Shown here in pieces: positions 49,495-59,573 of a stretch of 64,000 bases of DNA. The stretch lies in NCBI GenBank assembly GCA_963837015.1, contig CAWIMI010000008.1:3035-67034 (forward strand), in the 5' to 3' direction. The notes beneath the pieces are model-generated. The model was not told the origin of the DNA, did not search any database, and saw only the letters and a program-made list of their open reading frames with translations. The position numbers and the translations under genes are program-made. This DNA comes from an uncultured Acidobacteriota bacterium. GTDB taxonomy: Bacteria > Acidobacteriota > Terriglobia > Terriglobales > Acidobacteriaceae. How positions within the stretch are numbered: the first letter of the stretch is position 1; each line of letters begins with the position of its first letter.

Positions 49495-49710
49495 CTAGCT
49501 CTTGCCGCGTCCGGCGATCATCATTCCCGCTCCCACCACCACCAGCGCCACGCTAAGGGCAGGAGCGACCCGGTCTTCGTGATGGGTGGTTACCCCGAGC
49601 TGGACGTCACCGGCGCTGACCCCGTGGTGTTCTGAATGTGGCACGGTCACAAAAAACGAAAGAATTCCTAGGACCAGTACGACCAACCCGACACCAAACA
49701 GTGCTCTCAT
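49495..49710 (-). CDS. Possible small two-TM membrane protein
   Basis: MRALFGVGLVVLVLGILSFFVTVP...APALSVALVVVGAGMMIAGRGKS. No family recognised; 71 aa. Confidence 0.45.
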   Translation of the reverse strand: MRALFGVGLVVLVLGILSFFVTVPHSEHHGVSAGDVQLGVTTHHEDRVAPALSVALVVVGAGMMIAGRGKS

Positions 49711-49859
49711 GAATGATTCTCCACGTCCGCAGAAATGGTCTATATGCTGACGTGTCGCTGAAATAGTCAGCGCAGCTTCAGATGCAGGGGGTCGAGAATG
49801 GGCTGCATGATGGTCAAATTTTCGATGCAGACGGACGGAGTGGACCGCCGCCACACGAC

Positions 49860-51347
49860 CTAGTTGTTAAATCCTCTGGCGAACTCGATCAGGGTTCGCA
49901 CTGCGATCCCGGACGGACCTTTGGCAATCCATGGCTTGGTCTCTTCCATCCATGCGGTACCGGCGATATCGAGGTGCAGCCACGGCGTCTCCTCGGCAAA
50001 CTCTTTGAGGAACATGGCCGCATTCACCGCGCCGCCCCAACGGCCGCCGGAGTTGACAATATCGGCGATGTTTGACCGGATGTTCTCCTTGTACTCATCG
50101 TCGAGCGGAAGTCGCCAGAATTTTTCACCCGCTTTCTCCAGCGCCCGATTGAATCCTTCGTACATTTTGTCGTCGTTGGCAAAAACGCCAGCGTTGACGT
50201 AGCCGAGCGCAACCACCACCGCGCCAGTGAGCGTAGCGGCGTCAATCAAGTGCGTGCAACCAAGCTGGCGAGCGTAGCAGAGTCCATCGGCGAGGATCAG
50301 CCGTCCCTCGGCGTCGGTATTGATAATTTCAATCGACTTGCCAGACATGGCGATCTGTATATCGCCGGGCTTCTGCGCTTTGCCGGAAGGCATATTTTCC
50401 GTGGCGCAAATAACGGCGGTGACGCGAACCTTCGGTTTAAGCAACGCGATGGCCCGCATGGTGCCGATCATGGCGGCAGCGCCGGCCATGTCGTATTTCA
50501 TCTTCTCCATGCCATCCGCGGGCTTAATGGATATGCCGCCTGTATCGAACGTAACGCCCTTTCCAACCAGGCCGAGGGCTGGCGTCGCAGGCGCATCGGC
50601 CGGCTCGTAGCGCAAAACGATCAACGCAGGGGGTTCATCGGAACCTTGTGCTACACCCCAGAAGGCGCCCATCTTCAATTCTTTGAGTTTGTCGGCTCCA
50701 TAGACCTCGGCTTTCAGGCCAACTTCCTGCGCCATCTTGCGGGCGCGCTCCGCCAGAATGGTTGGCGTCATGCGGTTGCTAGGCTCATTCACCAGGTCGC
50801 GAGTGAAATTCTGTGACTCGCCAACCACGCGAGCTTCGTCCATCGTTTTCTGAAGTTGAGCTTGGTCCCCGCGCACGACAACCGTTATCGAGGCCATCTT
50901 TTGATCTTTGCGGTCACTCTTGTAAGTGTCGGGATCGAAGTCGCCCACGAAAGCGCCTTCTACAATGGCTTTCACGGCTTCGTTGCTCTTGATACTCTGG
51001 GGAGCGAGGAAGGCGAAACTGCGAATGCCTTTCGGCTTAAGGAAGCGGACCACGGCGCCACCCAACTTGCGCAACTCGGAGGCGGAAAAGTTTTTGGCTT
51101 TGCCGCCGCCCAGAAGCAACAGGCGCTTGGCCTTCAACTTCGCCGGGCGATACAGTAGCGTAGTTTCAAATATCTTGCCCGTAACTTCGCCGCTGGCCAT
51201 TACATCGGACGTGACATCCTTAATCGCCCCATCGCTGGTTTCGATCACCAGTTCGGTTTTATCTTTGGAGCCTTGATCGAGAACCACCACGACCAGGCAT
51301 TCAGTTTCAACTTCTGCGAGATTGGCAAAAGAAAGGTTAGTCTTCAT
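49860..51347 (-). CDS. pepA: Leucyl aminopeptidase (M17)
   Basis: The internal ATG 51347-51345 gives MKTNLSFANL. Motifs: VGKGVTFDTGGISIKP, DMAGAA, NTDAEGRLILAD. The 221 upstream codons of the 716-aa ORF are rejected. Confidence 0.9.
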   Translation of the reverse strand: MKTNLSFANLAEVETECLVVVVLDQGSKDKTELVIETSDGAIKDVTSDVMASGEVTGKIFETTLLYRPAKLKAKRLLLLGGGKAKNFSASELRKLGGAVVRFLKPKGIRSFAFLAPQSIKSNEAVKAIVEGAFVGDFDPDTYKSDRKDQKMASITVVVRGDQAQLQKTMDEARVVGESQNFTRDLVNEPSNRMTPTILAERARKMAQEVGLKAEVYGADKLKELKMGAFWGVAQGSDEPPALIVLRYEPADAPATPALGLVGKGVTFDTGGISIKPADGMEKMKYDMAGAAAMIGTMRAIALLKPKVRVTAVICATENMPSGKAQKPGDIQIAMSGKSIEIINTDAEGRLILADGLCYARQLGCTHLIDAATLTGAVVVALGYVNAGVFANDDKMYEGFNRALEKAGEKFWRLPLDDEYKENIRSNIADIVNSGGRWGGAVNAAMFLKEFAEETPWLHLDIAGTAWMEETKPWIAKGPSGIAVRTLIEFARGFNN

Positions 51348-51599
51348 AGTTTTTGTGTAACTCCAGTATCGTCGGCGGCGGGGCAAAAACGCAAGGCCAG
51401 TTACTCGGAGATGAAGGCTTCGCTTTGCGATTCCGGAGACGGTGTCCTGTAAAAATCCAATCAAGGTGGTGCTAAGAGCTCTGATGAGATCACAAACGCT
51501 AACGGTTTCCGTGGGCTGGAATTCAGGTCTTTGCCCCCTTTTCTGGCTCTCTGGCATCTCAAATATTAGGGGAATGCTCGGAGTTGAAAGGAGAACTTC

Positions 51600-52547
51600 A
51601 TGAAGAAAACTCGCTTTGTGTTTGAGGCTCTGATCGTAGTGGCAAGCCTGTTGGCCGGCGTGCCGTTCGTCGCTGCGCAGGAAAGCGCAGCCTCCACAGC
51701 ATTCGCAGCGAACCTGGTGGTCACCGTCGAAGCCCGTCACGGCTCCAACGTTCCTGAAATTACTCGCGACGACGTAATGGTTTATGAAGGCCGCGACCGG
51801 GACCGGGTCACCGGCTGGCTCCCCTTGCAGCAAGATCACGCGGGACTGGAATTCTTCATTCTGCTCGATGACGCCTCGAGTGTCAGTCTGGGTTCCCAGC
51901 TGGAAGATATCCGCCAGTTCATCAATGCGCAGCCTCCGGCTACAAAGATCGGAGTCGCCTATATGGCGAACGGAAACGCACAGGTCATGCAGAACCTCAC
52001 CAGTGACCACACTCTGGCAGCGAAAGCGTTGCGTCTCCCTCTCGGAACCCCCGGTGCCTCCGCGAGTCCATATTTTTCACTCGGAGACTTGATCAAGCGC
52101 TGGCCCGAAACCGGCGAACGTCGTGAAGTTCTCATGATCACCGACGGCATCGACCGGTACTGGGGGAGCGGCCCCGACAACGGTTATGTCGATACGGTAA
52201 TCGAACAAGCCCAACGTTCCGCGGTTATCGTCTACAGCATTTACACTCCTGGCGTGGGACATTACGGCCACAGTTATTGGCGCACCTACTGGGGACAGAA
52301 TTATCTTTCCCAGCTATCCGACGAGACTGGCGGCGAAAGTTACTACCTGACCGGTCCCGCTCCGCCGGTTTCGTTCGCTCCTTATCTGGAGGACATGTCG
52401 CGCAAGCTAAACCATCAATACCTACTGACCCTTGTCCCTAAGCCGCAGAAAAAGGCGGGCATGCAGCGAGTAAAGGTTCAAACCGAGGTGCCGAATGCGG
52501 AACTGGTCAGCGCCGACAAGGTCTACGTTCCCGCCACCGCCCAGTAA
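51600..52547 (+). CDS. VWA-domain protein of the acidobacterial VWFA-related type
   Basis: Signal peptide MKKTRFVFEALIVVASLLAGVPFVAAQ, then a beta-sandwich N-domain and a VWA-like core (FFILLDDASS...VLMITDGIDRY). Confidence 0.8.
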   Translation: MKKTRFVFEALIVVASLLAGVPFVAAQESAASTAFAANLVVTVEARHGSNVPEITRDDVMVYEGRDRDRVTGWLPLQQDHAGLEFFILLDDASSVSLGSQLEDIRQFINAQPPATKIGVAYMANGNAQVMQNLTSDHTLAAKALRLPLGTPGASASPYFSLGDLIKRWPETGERREVLMITDGIDRYWGSGPDNGYVDTVIEQAQRSAVIVYSIYTPGVGHYGHSYWRTYWGQNYLSQLSDETGGESYYLTGPAPPVSFAPYLEDMSRKLNHQYLLTLVPKPQKKAGMQRVKVQTEVPNAELVSADKVYVPATAQ

Positions 52548-52565
52548 GACTGATTCTCGGGCGAC

Positions 52566-54167
52566 CTACTCGCTGGGTTGAGCGTACCTGCGGAAGAAGC
52601 TGTCCGGCTTCCATTGGGGCCGCTGAGGATTCTGAGCTACCGAGATCATGAGCCCTCGAACGATCTCCTCATAGAGCGCGGCCGCCTGCAGGTCCACCGG
52701 CTGATTCAAGTCGTCGGAAGGCGCATGATAGCGCTGGGTGAGCCAGTCTTTGATGATCTTCTGTTCCGGAGAACCGGGAGCGGCGCCCACCCCCATGGCC
52801 AACGCAGGAATTCCGTGCCGGATGAAATTGTATTGGTCGCTTCGAATAAAGATATTCCGCTGCGGCTCGGGATCAGGCTGAACCGTAACTCCATACGATT
52901 GCGCAACCTCGCGCGCCGCGTCGCCCAGATCGGACTCCGCCAGACCGAACACAGTCAGAATCTTGAGCGGAACAATGGGCAGGAACATGTCCACGTTAAT
53001 GTCGGCCACCATCGACTTCGCGTCCACCGTGGGATGCGCCGCGAAATACTTTGAACCCAGCAATCCCTTTTCCTCGCCAGTGACGAACAGAAACAGAATC
53101 GACCGTTTGAGCTTATCTGGCGACTTCTTCAGAGATGCCGCAACGTCTAGCAGCAAAGCGCTTCCCGATGCGTTGTCCATCGCCCCGTTGTAGATGCGAT
53201 CGCCGTTGATAGGCTCGCCGATGCCAATATGATCAATATGCGCCGAGAGAACCACATATTCGTTCTTAAGCTCGGGATCATTACCCGGAAGTTTTGCAAT
53301 CACATTCGCGGATTCGAGAGTCTGCTTCTCCAGCTTGGCCTTCGCTGCAATCGACACAATCAGCGGAAATCGCGGAAGTTGCTTCCGCTCCTTGGCAATC
53401 GCCAGGATTTCGTCGAAAGTATGGCCTGAACCTTCAAACAGCATCTCCGCCTTCGCCGGATTGAAAACCACCGCAAGTTTCTCGCCCTCAGTCTCATTGA
53501 ACTCCGAACCGGCTAAGGACATGCTCGGATGGTTTCGGTTCACCGACATGCGAGACCACGGGATATCCATCGTCGCTGGATTGGCAATGCCAACCACCCC
53601 AACCACACCGGCTTTATGCAGTGCCTTCCACCGTTCGGCCGCGGTTTGATAATGAGATCCCAGAGAACCAGGAATCTCCGAAGGCAAGCCATTGAGAATC
53701 ACGGCTACCTTGCCCTTCAGGTCGAGGCCCGCCAGATCGTCGTAGTTTTTCTCCGGAATGGTGAGTCCATAGCCCACGAATACCAGCGGCGCCTGCACTT
53801 CGGGCGCAAGATCGATTCGCGTGCTGAAAAAAGCATCTTCGCCCAGCGTCAAAGGCTCAGCCTTGCCATTGCGCACCAGCGTCAAGCTAGAATCTTTTTC
53901 GATGATCTGCCGCGACTCAAACTTTATTTTCTGGTAGAAGCCGTCCGTTCCCGCAGGCTGGAGGCCCGCCAGTTTCAACTGGTCGACGACGTACGCCTCG
54001 GCTCGTCGCAGTGCGGCGCTGCCCGTCTCGCGGCCTTCCATATTGTCGTCGGCCAGAACCTTCACGTAATCCCACCAGGTCTTGCCATCGAAGTGCGTGG
54101 GTGCCTTTTGCGCAAACGAGAAGAAGGTAATTAACAAAATCACCAGGGGCGAAAGCTTCTTCAACAT
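52566..54167 (-). CDS. M28 family peptidase with PA domain
   Basis: The internal ATG 54167-54165 gives the signal peptide MLKKLSPLVILLITFFSFAQ. Motifs: VVLSAHIDHIG, GAMDNASGSA, FLFVTGEEKGLLGS. Confidence 0.85.
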   Translation of the reverse strand: MLKKLSPLVILLITFFSFAQKAPTHFDGKTWWDYVKVLADDNMEGRETGSAALRRAEAYVVDQLKLAGLQPAGTDGFYQKIKFESRQIIEKDSSLTLVRNGKAEPLTLGEDAFFSTRIDLAPEVQAPLVFVGYGLTIPEKNYDDLAGLDLKGKVAVILNGLPSEIPGSLGSHYQTAAERWKALHKAGVVGVVGIANPATMDIPWSRMSVNRNHPSMSLAGSEFNETEGEKLAVVFNPAKAEMLFEGSGHTFDEILAIAKERKQLPRFPLIVSIAAKAKLEKQTLESANVIAKLPGNDPELKNEYVVLSAHIDHIGIGEPINGDRIYNGAMDNASGSALLLDVAASLKKSPDKLKRSILFLFVTGEEKGLLGSKYFAAHPTVDAKSMVADINVDMFLPIVPLKILTVFGLAESDLGDAAREVAQSYGVTVQPDPEPQRNIFIRSDQYNFIRHGIPALAMGVGAAPGSPEQKIIKDWLTQRYHAPSDDLNQPVDLQAAALYEEIVRGLMISVAQNPQRPQWKPDSFFRRYAQPSE

Positions 54168-54217
54168 CGAGTCATTCCTCCAGTCAATTCTGGCATCTGC
54201 GGTGAGGCAGTGTGTTC

Positions 54218-56317
54218 TCACCAGACCCTGCATTGATTAGCCCGCACCATGGGCGAACCCTTCTTGCAGGAGAAGGCTTCCTGAAACTCGGGCATATTGG
54301 AGACGACATTGTTTACCCGGTATTTCGGGATGGAATGCGGGTTTGTCAACACAATGGTCCGCATGAATTCAGGGCGAAGCTCTTCACACCATGAATAGGC
54401 GTAGGACACAAAGAACTTCTGCCGTGGTGTCCAGCCGTCGGCTTCCTTGGCGTCGAGCGACTTGCCCTCCGACTGCAGTTTGTTCGTTACCGCCATAAAC
54501 GCTAATCGCAGACCACCGTTATCTGCGGTGTCCTCGCCCTGAGTCAAATGTCCGTTCTGCTTCACGCCAGCCTCCCGAATTTCCTCGGTGTATTCGTCGG
54601 CGACGCACTGCCCGCGTTGGTCGTAGGCCTTGGCGTCTGCCTCCGTCCACCAGTCGCGGAGATTCCCCTGGGCATCGAACTTGCGGCCTTGATCGTCGAA
54701 GCCGTGCGTTATTTCGTGTCCGATTACCATGCCGATGGCGCCGTAATTGACCGGATCCCCCATCTTGCTGTCGAAGTATGGAGGCTGCAAAATGCCGGCA
54801 GGGAAGTTGATCGTATTCAACTGCGGATCATAGTAGGCATTGATGGTAGGTGGAGTCATGGTCCACTCCGCACGATCAACAGGCTTGCCGATTTTGTCGA
54901 GTTGCCGGTGAAACTCGAAAGTGGTTGCCTCGTGCACATTGTTGATATAACTGTCGCGTCCAACTTTCACCGAGGAGTAATCGCGCCAGTGGTTGGGATA
55001 TCCGATCTTGTCCTCGATGGCCCGCAGCTTGATTTTCGCCTGCTCTTTAGTTGCCGGTTGCATCCAGTCGATGGTGGTTATGTCCTGGTCCAGCGCGTGT
55101 TCGATGTCATGTACCATCGCGACCGTGCGCTGCTTGCTCTCCGGCGGAAAGGCCGCGGCTACGTACGCCTGCCCCAGAGCCATTCCAAGATCGCGGTCGG
55201 CGGCACGCACACAGCGGCGCCAGCGAGGCTGCAGCTGTCTTGCTCCCTGCAAAGTGTGTGAATAAAAATCCCAATTCTCGTCAACAAACGCCTTGCTCAA
55301 ATACGGCGCTGAGCCGTGGATCAGGTGCCAGCGCAAGTAAACCTTCCAATCATCCACCGAATGTTGCTGAATCAATGGTTCGAGGCCGCGGAAAAATTGA
55401 GGAGAAGATACGATGTAGTGTGGTAAAGAAGGTGGTGCTCCGACCACCTCGATGTAGTGCTTCCAGTCGAATGAAGGAGTCAGTGACTGAACCTGCTCCA
55501 AACTCATCTTGTTGTTCAGGTTCTTGGGATCGCGCCGCAGGACATTGTCCATCTGCGCTTGCGCCATGGCGGTTTCGATTGCGAAGATTGTCTTCGCGTC
55601 GGCAGCTGCTTGTTCCGGGCTTTCTCCTGAAAGCACCAGCATTTTCTTGATATGGGTCTCGTACTTGCCGCGGATTTCCTTGGATTTGTCGTCATCCTTG
55701 ATGTAGAAATCACGGTTCGGCAATCCCAGTCCGCCCTGATCGATAGCGGCGACGACTCTGCTGGCGTCGTCAAAATCCTGCTGTTGACCAAAGCCCAGGA
55801 GCGCGGCACGAGTCTGATTGTCGTCGCCTTGCCATGCGCCTGGAACGGCTTGGTGGATATGGGCCACCTGATCGGCTAGCTGCGACTTGCTGGTCATCTG
55901 AGCGATCCGCTCGAGTTCCGGCCTTAAATCCCGCGTCCCAGCGGCCTCAATTCCGGATTCATCCATGCAGGCAGCCCAATAGTCTCCGATTTTCTGCTCA
56001 TAATCCGTACGATTGCTGGTTGGTGCTGCCGCCTTCTCCAGGGCGTCGCGGAGGATATTCTCGTTCCAGTACTGCAAACCACTGCCAGTTCCCCAGGCCA
56101 CCTGATCCGCGGGAATGGGATTTGCCGCATTCCACCTGCTGCACGCGTATTTGTAGAAGTCCTGGCACGGGTCGAGCGACTTATCCACCATGCTGATATC
56201 GAAGTGCTCCAGCTTAGGCGTATTTTGTGACGCGGGCGCGCCCTGGGCGTAGGCATGAATGATGCCGAGCACGGGAAAAAGTAGAACGACTCCGATCGCA
56301 AGTCTTACGATACGCAT
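54218..56317 (-). CDS. M13 family metallopeptidase (neprilysin/PepO-like)
   Basis: The internal ATG 56317-56315 gives the signal peptide MRIVRLAIGVVLLFPVLGIIHAYAQ. Motifs: NAYYDPQLNTINFPAGILQ, GMVIGHEITHGFDDQGR, GEDTADNGG, and C-terminal CRVW. Confidence 0.9.
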   Translation of the reverse strand: MRIVRLAIGVVLLFPVLGIIHAYAQGAPASQNTPKLEHFDISMVDKSLDPCQDFYKYACSRWNAANPIPADQVAWGTGSGLQYWNENILRDALEKAAAPTSNRTDYEQKIGDYWAACMDESGIEAAGTRDLRPELERIAQMTSKSQLADQVAHIHQAVPGAWQGDDNQTRAALLGFGQQQDFDDASRVVAAIDQGGLGLPNRDFYIKDDDKSKEIRGKYETHIKKMLVLSGESPEQAAADAKTIFAIETAMAQAQMDNVLRRDPKNLNNKMSLEQVQSLTPSFDWKHYIEVVGAPPSLPHYIVSSPQFFRGLEPLIQQHSVDDWKVYLRWHLIHGSAPYLSKAFVDENWDFYSHTLQGARQLQPRWRRCVRAADRDLGMALGQAYVAAAFPPESKQRTVAMVHDIEHALDQDITTIDWMQPATKEQAKIKLRAIEDKIGYPNHWRDYSSVKVGRDSYINNVHEATTFEFHRQLDKIGKPVDRAEWTMTPPTINAYYDPQLNTINFPAGILQPPYFDSKMGDPVNYGAIGMVIGHEITHGFDDQGRKFDAQGNLRDWWTEADAKAYDQRGQCVADEYTEEIREAGVKQNGHLTQGEDTADNGGLRLAFMAVTNKLQSEGKSLDAKEADGWTPRQKFFVSYAYSWCEELRPEFMRTIVLTNPHSIPKYRVNNVVSNMPEFQEAFSCKKGSPMVRANQCRVW

Positions 56318-56659
56318 CGATGTCTCCTGGATTTGAAAGGAAAAGTCTGATCCTGTGTAGCGGAACAACGAGCCGTCTTGGTTTGAGTAGCGCGCAAGTT
56401 GCTGGTAGCCTGCGCCAAGAAGTTTACCGCAGTTTGCTCAGCTCCGCTTGTGTGTTGGGCCGTTTCCGTCCTATCAAGTGATCGGTGTTCGATGTCAGTT
56501 ACAACTGCTTTTGCGAAGTAACTCGCGCTCAGATTATTCGAAGTTCGAGGCTTCAGCGGGATCGATAGAAAATGAAAGGATAATCGGAAGAAAAAAATGG
56601 GAGCTTTATTCGCAAGCCTAAGGACTCTCTGAATAAGTAAGTTTCTGACTGCGCAAGTG

Positions 56660-57313
56660 TAAGTATCCCCCGGCAGAGCCGGGGGCTTTAGTTTGTGAGC
56701 CGCTCAAAGCGGCTGTGCGGGGTCGCAAATGCGGCCCCGAGTTTCTGGAGCCACCTTTCGGTGGCCGTTAGCGCCACAGGTTCATCTGGTCCAAGCGCTT
56801 GTCCTCTTGCTCTTGGTTCCGGATGTAGTCCCGAATCACCGTCTCATCCCGCCCCACCGTGGACACGTAGTACCCGCGCGCCCAAAAATGCTGCCCGACA
56901 AAGTTCCTCTTCCTTTCCCCATACACCCGTGCCAGGTGAATCGCGCTCTTCCCTTTGATAAACCCAATCACCTGCGACACCGCGTACTTCGGCGGGATCG
57001 CGATCATCATGTGCACGTGATCGGGCAGCAGATGCCCTTCTTCGATTCGACTCTCCTTCTGCACAGCCAGCTTGCGGAACACTTCTCCCAAGTGCTGCCG
57101 CAACTCCCCGTACAGCGTCTTTCTCCGGCACTTCGGGATGAACACCACATGGTATTTGCACTCCCACTTCGTATGGCTTAGGCTTTCCATTTCGTCCATC
57201 GTGAAACTCCTTTTCGTGTGCTTGGCGGCTCACGTCTGGGAGTTTCCGCGATGGACTCCTGTATCTGTCAAACTTCTACTGCCTCCCCGGCAGAGCCGGG
57301 GGGTCTCTCTTCG
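56660..57313 (-). mobile_element. IS200/IS605-family element (boundaries approximate)
   Basis: It carries a Y1 transposase gene. The same subterminal hairpin CCCCGGCAGAGCCGGGG occurs at both ends (56667-56685 and 57285-57303). Confidence 0.7.
56768..57199 (-). CDS. tnpA: IS200/IS605 family Y1 (HUH) transposase TnpA
   Basis: KYHVVFIPKCRRK...LLPDHVHMMIAIPPKYAVSQVIGFIKGKSA...FWARGYYVSTVG, containing the HUH motif and catalytic Tyr. Confidence 0.9.
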   Translation of the reverse strand: MDEMESLSHTKWECKYHVVFIPKCRRKTLYGELRQHLGEVFRKLAVQKESRIEEGHLLPDHVHMMIAIPPKYAVSQVIGFIKGKSAIHLARVYGERKRNFVGQHFWARGYYVSTVGRDETVIRDYIRNQEQEDKRLDQMNLWR

Positions 57314-57315
57314 TA

Positions 57316-58432
57316 CTAGTACCGTGACCGCGTGATTATGTAGTCAAAAGTGGCGCGAGCCTTTTTGCGAGTAAATTGCCATTGGATCGGAAGGTGATGG
57401 CGATTCATACGGCGGCTCCAGGCGAGAGTTTGCCTGCGTAGAGAAGCCCGATCTCCGATCCGGCGTTGACCGAGGCATTGCCGCGAAAACAAGCTGATCG
57501 CGATCTCGGCTTGGTTCAGCCAACTGCCGTGCTTGGGGGTGTAATGCACCGTAAACCGATCCCACAGCCAGTTCCCGGCCTTCTCGCCAAAGCGTTCCAC
57601 CACCGCCTTGCGCGTATGCGAACTCAGATTGTCCAACACCAAATGGATGGTGTCCGCCTCAGGGTAGCGGATCGCAACCTCCAGCAGGTAGTCGGCAAAT
57701 TCGGGCGAAGAGCGATGAGCCGTGACCTTGGGGAAGTACTGCCCCGCTTTCGGTTCGACTCCACAGAACACGTTGGCGGTGCCGCAACGCTGGTATTCGC
57801 TATCGCGCCGCGCGATTCGTCCCGGCCTCATGGCCCAGGGAGGACGAACCTCTTGGTGGAGAACCACCGGTTTCTCATCCACACAAACCACCGGTTCCCG
57901 CTCACTCAGAGGCTTTTCATACACCGCCAAGATGTCCTCCATGCGCCGGATGTACTCCTCATCCAGTTCCGCCACGCACCACATTTTTTTCCCGCCACGG
58001 CTTCAGGTCGTGGCTTTCCAGCAAGACCCGAATCGTTTCCCGTCCCACCCGCGGCACCAGTTTGCGTTTCACCACCTCTTCGGTCAGCAGGCGTACCGTC
58101 CAGCGCGAGCGGCCTTCCGGCGGAGGACCACACGCCAGCGCCACGATGCGTTGCCGATGCTGCGCATCTAGCAAGGCCGCTTTCCCCGGTCGGGCCCGCT
58201 CGTATAAGGCGCGCTCCAAGCCGCCTTGCCGGTAGCGTTGGCTGGTCAGCCACACCGTCTTCGGAGTCAAGGCCGCGTTCTTCGCCACCTGCCGAACGGT
58301 TTGCCCCTCCGCCAGTTGCCGCAGGGCCAACGCTCGCAACACGGTGCGCACGGGCTGCAAGCCGCTGTGTAACAAGTGCCGTAACTCCTGCTGCTCTTGC
58401 TTGGACAGCCGAACCTGCGATTGCTTCTTCAT
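57316..58432 (-). CDS. IS630-family transposase in two frames (HTH part 58432-57959, DDE part 57984-57316) joined at an A7 slippery run
   Basis: The first frame ends ...LKPWREKNVVRGGTG*. The other frame reads (K)MWCVAELDEEYIRRMEDILAVYE...VCVDEKP...VLDNLSSH...HYTPKHGSWLNQAEI. The A7 run is at 57984-57990 (minus strand). Confidence 0.85.
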
Positions 58433-58507
58433 GTCCCAGCTATAAGCTCGGACATGCTCGTGAACAAGTATCTATCTGTATTACTATCTATGCGGTCATA
58501 GTACTAG
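57316..58507 (-). mobile_element. IS630-family insertion sequence with TA target duplication
   Basis: Ends are TA|CTAGTACCGTGACCGC... and ...GCGGTCATAGTACTAG|TA, i.e. imperfect inverted repeats CTAGTAC(C/T)(G/A)TGACCGC. TA is found at 57314-57315 and 58508-58509. Confidence 0.75.
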
Positions 58508-58589
58508 TACCTCAGCCATGGTGGGTTGATGACCTAGCTTTCCACTTGGATTTCTTGGCTCCGCCTTCGCTCATCGAACCGGCTTTCAT

Positions 58590-59573
58590 CTACGCGCTCG
58601 CTGTCAGCAGCTTCTGACGACTCAGAAACAGATTGACCAACCCGCAGATCACGAACAGCTGATGCGCGTTCTTCTTCAGTCCTCGGTAACGCAGCTTCAC
58701 AAATCCAAATTTCAACTTCATCACCTGAAATACGTGCTCCACCTTGGACCGCACGCTCGATTTCGTCCGATTCTTCGCCCGCTCCTCTTCGTCAATCCCG
58801 TTCTTATAGCGGTAGCGACGGTGCGTGTGGTCCTGCGCCCGGGGTGCGCACTCCTGGATAACCTCAGTTTGTCCGCGATAAGCCTGATCACCCCATACCC
58901 GGGTTTCTTCCCCATGCAACAGATCGGGCAGCACCCTCGAGTCGGCCACATGGGCCGGCGTGGCTACCGCCGTATGGATGATCTTGGTCTTGCTGTCCAC
59001 TCCTACATGGGCCTTCATCCCGAAAAACCACTGCTTGCCTTTCTTGGTCTGGTGCATCTCCGGATCGCGCTGCTGCTCTCGGTTCTTGGTCGACGTAGGC
59101 GCGTGCAGGATGGTTGCGTCTACGATCGTGCCGGTGGTGATGCGCACTCCTCGGGCTTGCAAGTGCAGATTGACCGTGCCCAGAATCTTTTCCCCAAGTC
59201 GATGTTCTTCCAGCAAATGCCGAAACTTGCACACCGTGGTTTCGTCCGGCGCCGGCTCCTGCCCCAGATCGATCCCCACGAACTGCCGCATCACCGGCGA
59301 GTCATACAGGGCCTCTTCCACGGCCGGGTCCGATAGGTTAAACCACTGCTGCAGAAAATAAATCCGCAGCATCCGCTCCACTCCCACCGGCGGGCGCCCA
59401 TTCCCCGGCTTGGGATAATGGGGTTCGATTCGCGCCCACAACTCTCGCCACGGGACCACTTGTTCCATTTCTTCCAGAAATACCTGCCGTCGTGTCTTTT
59501 TCGTGTACCGCTCAAAACCATTCATCGTCGCCAGACTCCTCTGTTGTTTGTTCCTCGATCTCATCTGGCGCAA
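58590..59573 (-). CDS. IS5-family DDE transposase
   Basis: FLEEMEQVVPWRELWARIEPHYPKPGNGRPPVGVERMLRIYFLQQWFNLSDPAVEEALYDSPVMRQF...DATILHAPTSTKN...VWGDQAYRG, the DDE_Tnp_1 pattern. The start may be the internal ATG (MNGFERY, 59525). Confidence 0.9.
   Translation of the reverse strand: MRQMRSRNKQQRSLATMNGFERYTKKTRRQVFLEEMEQVVPWRELWARIEPHYPKPGNGRPPVGVERMLRIYFLQQWFNLSDPAVEEALYDSPVMRQFVGIDLGQEPAPDETTVCKFRHLLEEHRLGEKILGTVNLHLQARGVRITTGTIVDATILHAPTSTKNREQQRDPEMHQTKKGKQWFFGMKAHVGVDSKTKIIHTAVATPAHVADSRVLPDLLHGEETRVWGDQAYRGQTEVIQECAPRAQDHTHRRYRYKNGIDEEERAKNRTKSSVRSKVEHVFQVMKLKFGFVKLRYRGLKKNAHQLFVICGLVNLFLSRQKLLTASA

Noticed and set aside
51348-52010. Long N-terminal ORF extensions: pepA to 52010, the TolB-like gene to 20530, the CYTH gene to 39930, the NusG-like gene to 4494, and the M28/M13/larC genes by a few codons.
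   Set aside because: Internal ATGs give canonical signal peptides or family N-termini. The extensions overlap neighbouring genes or promoters and look non-coding.
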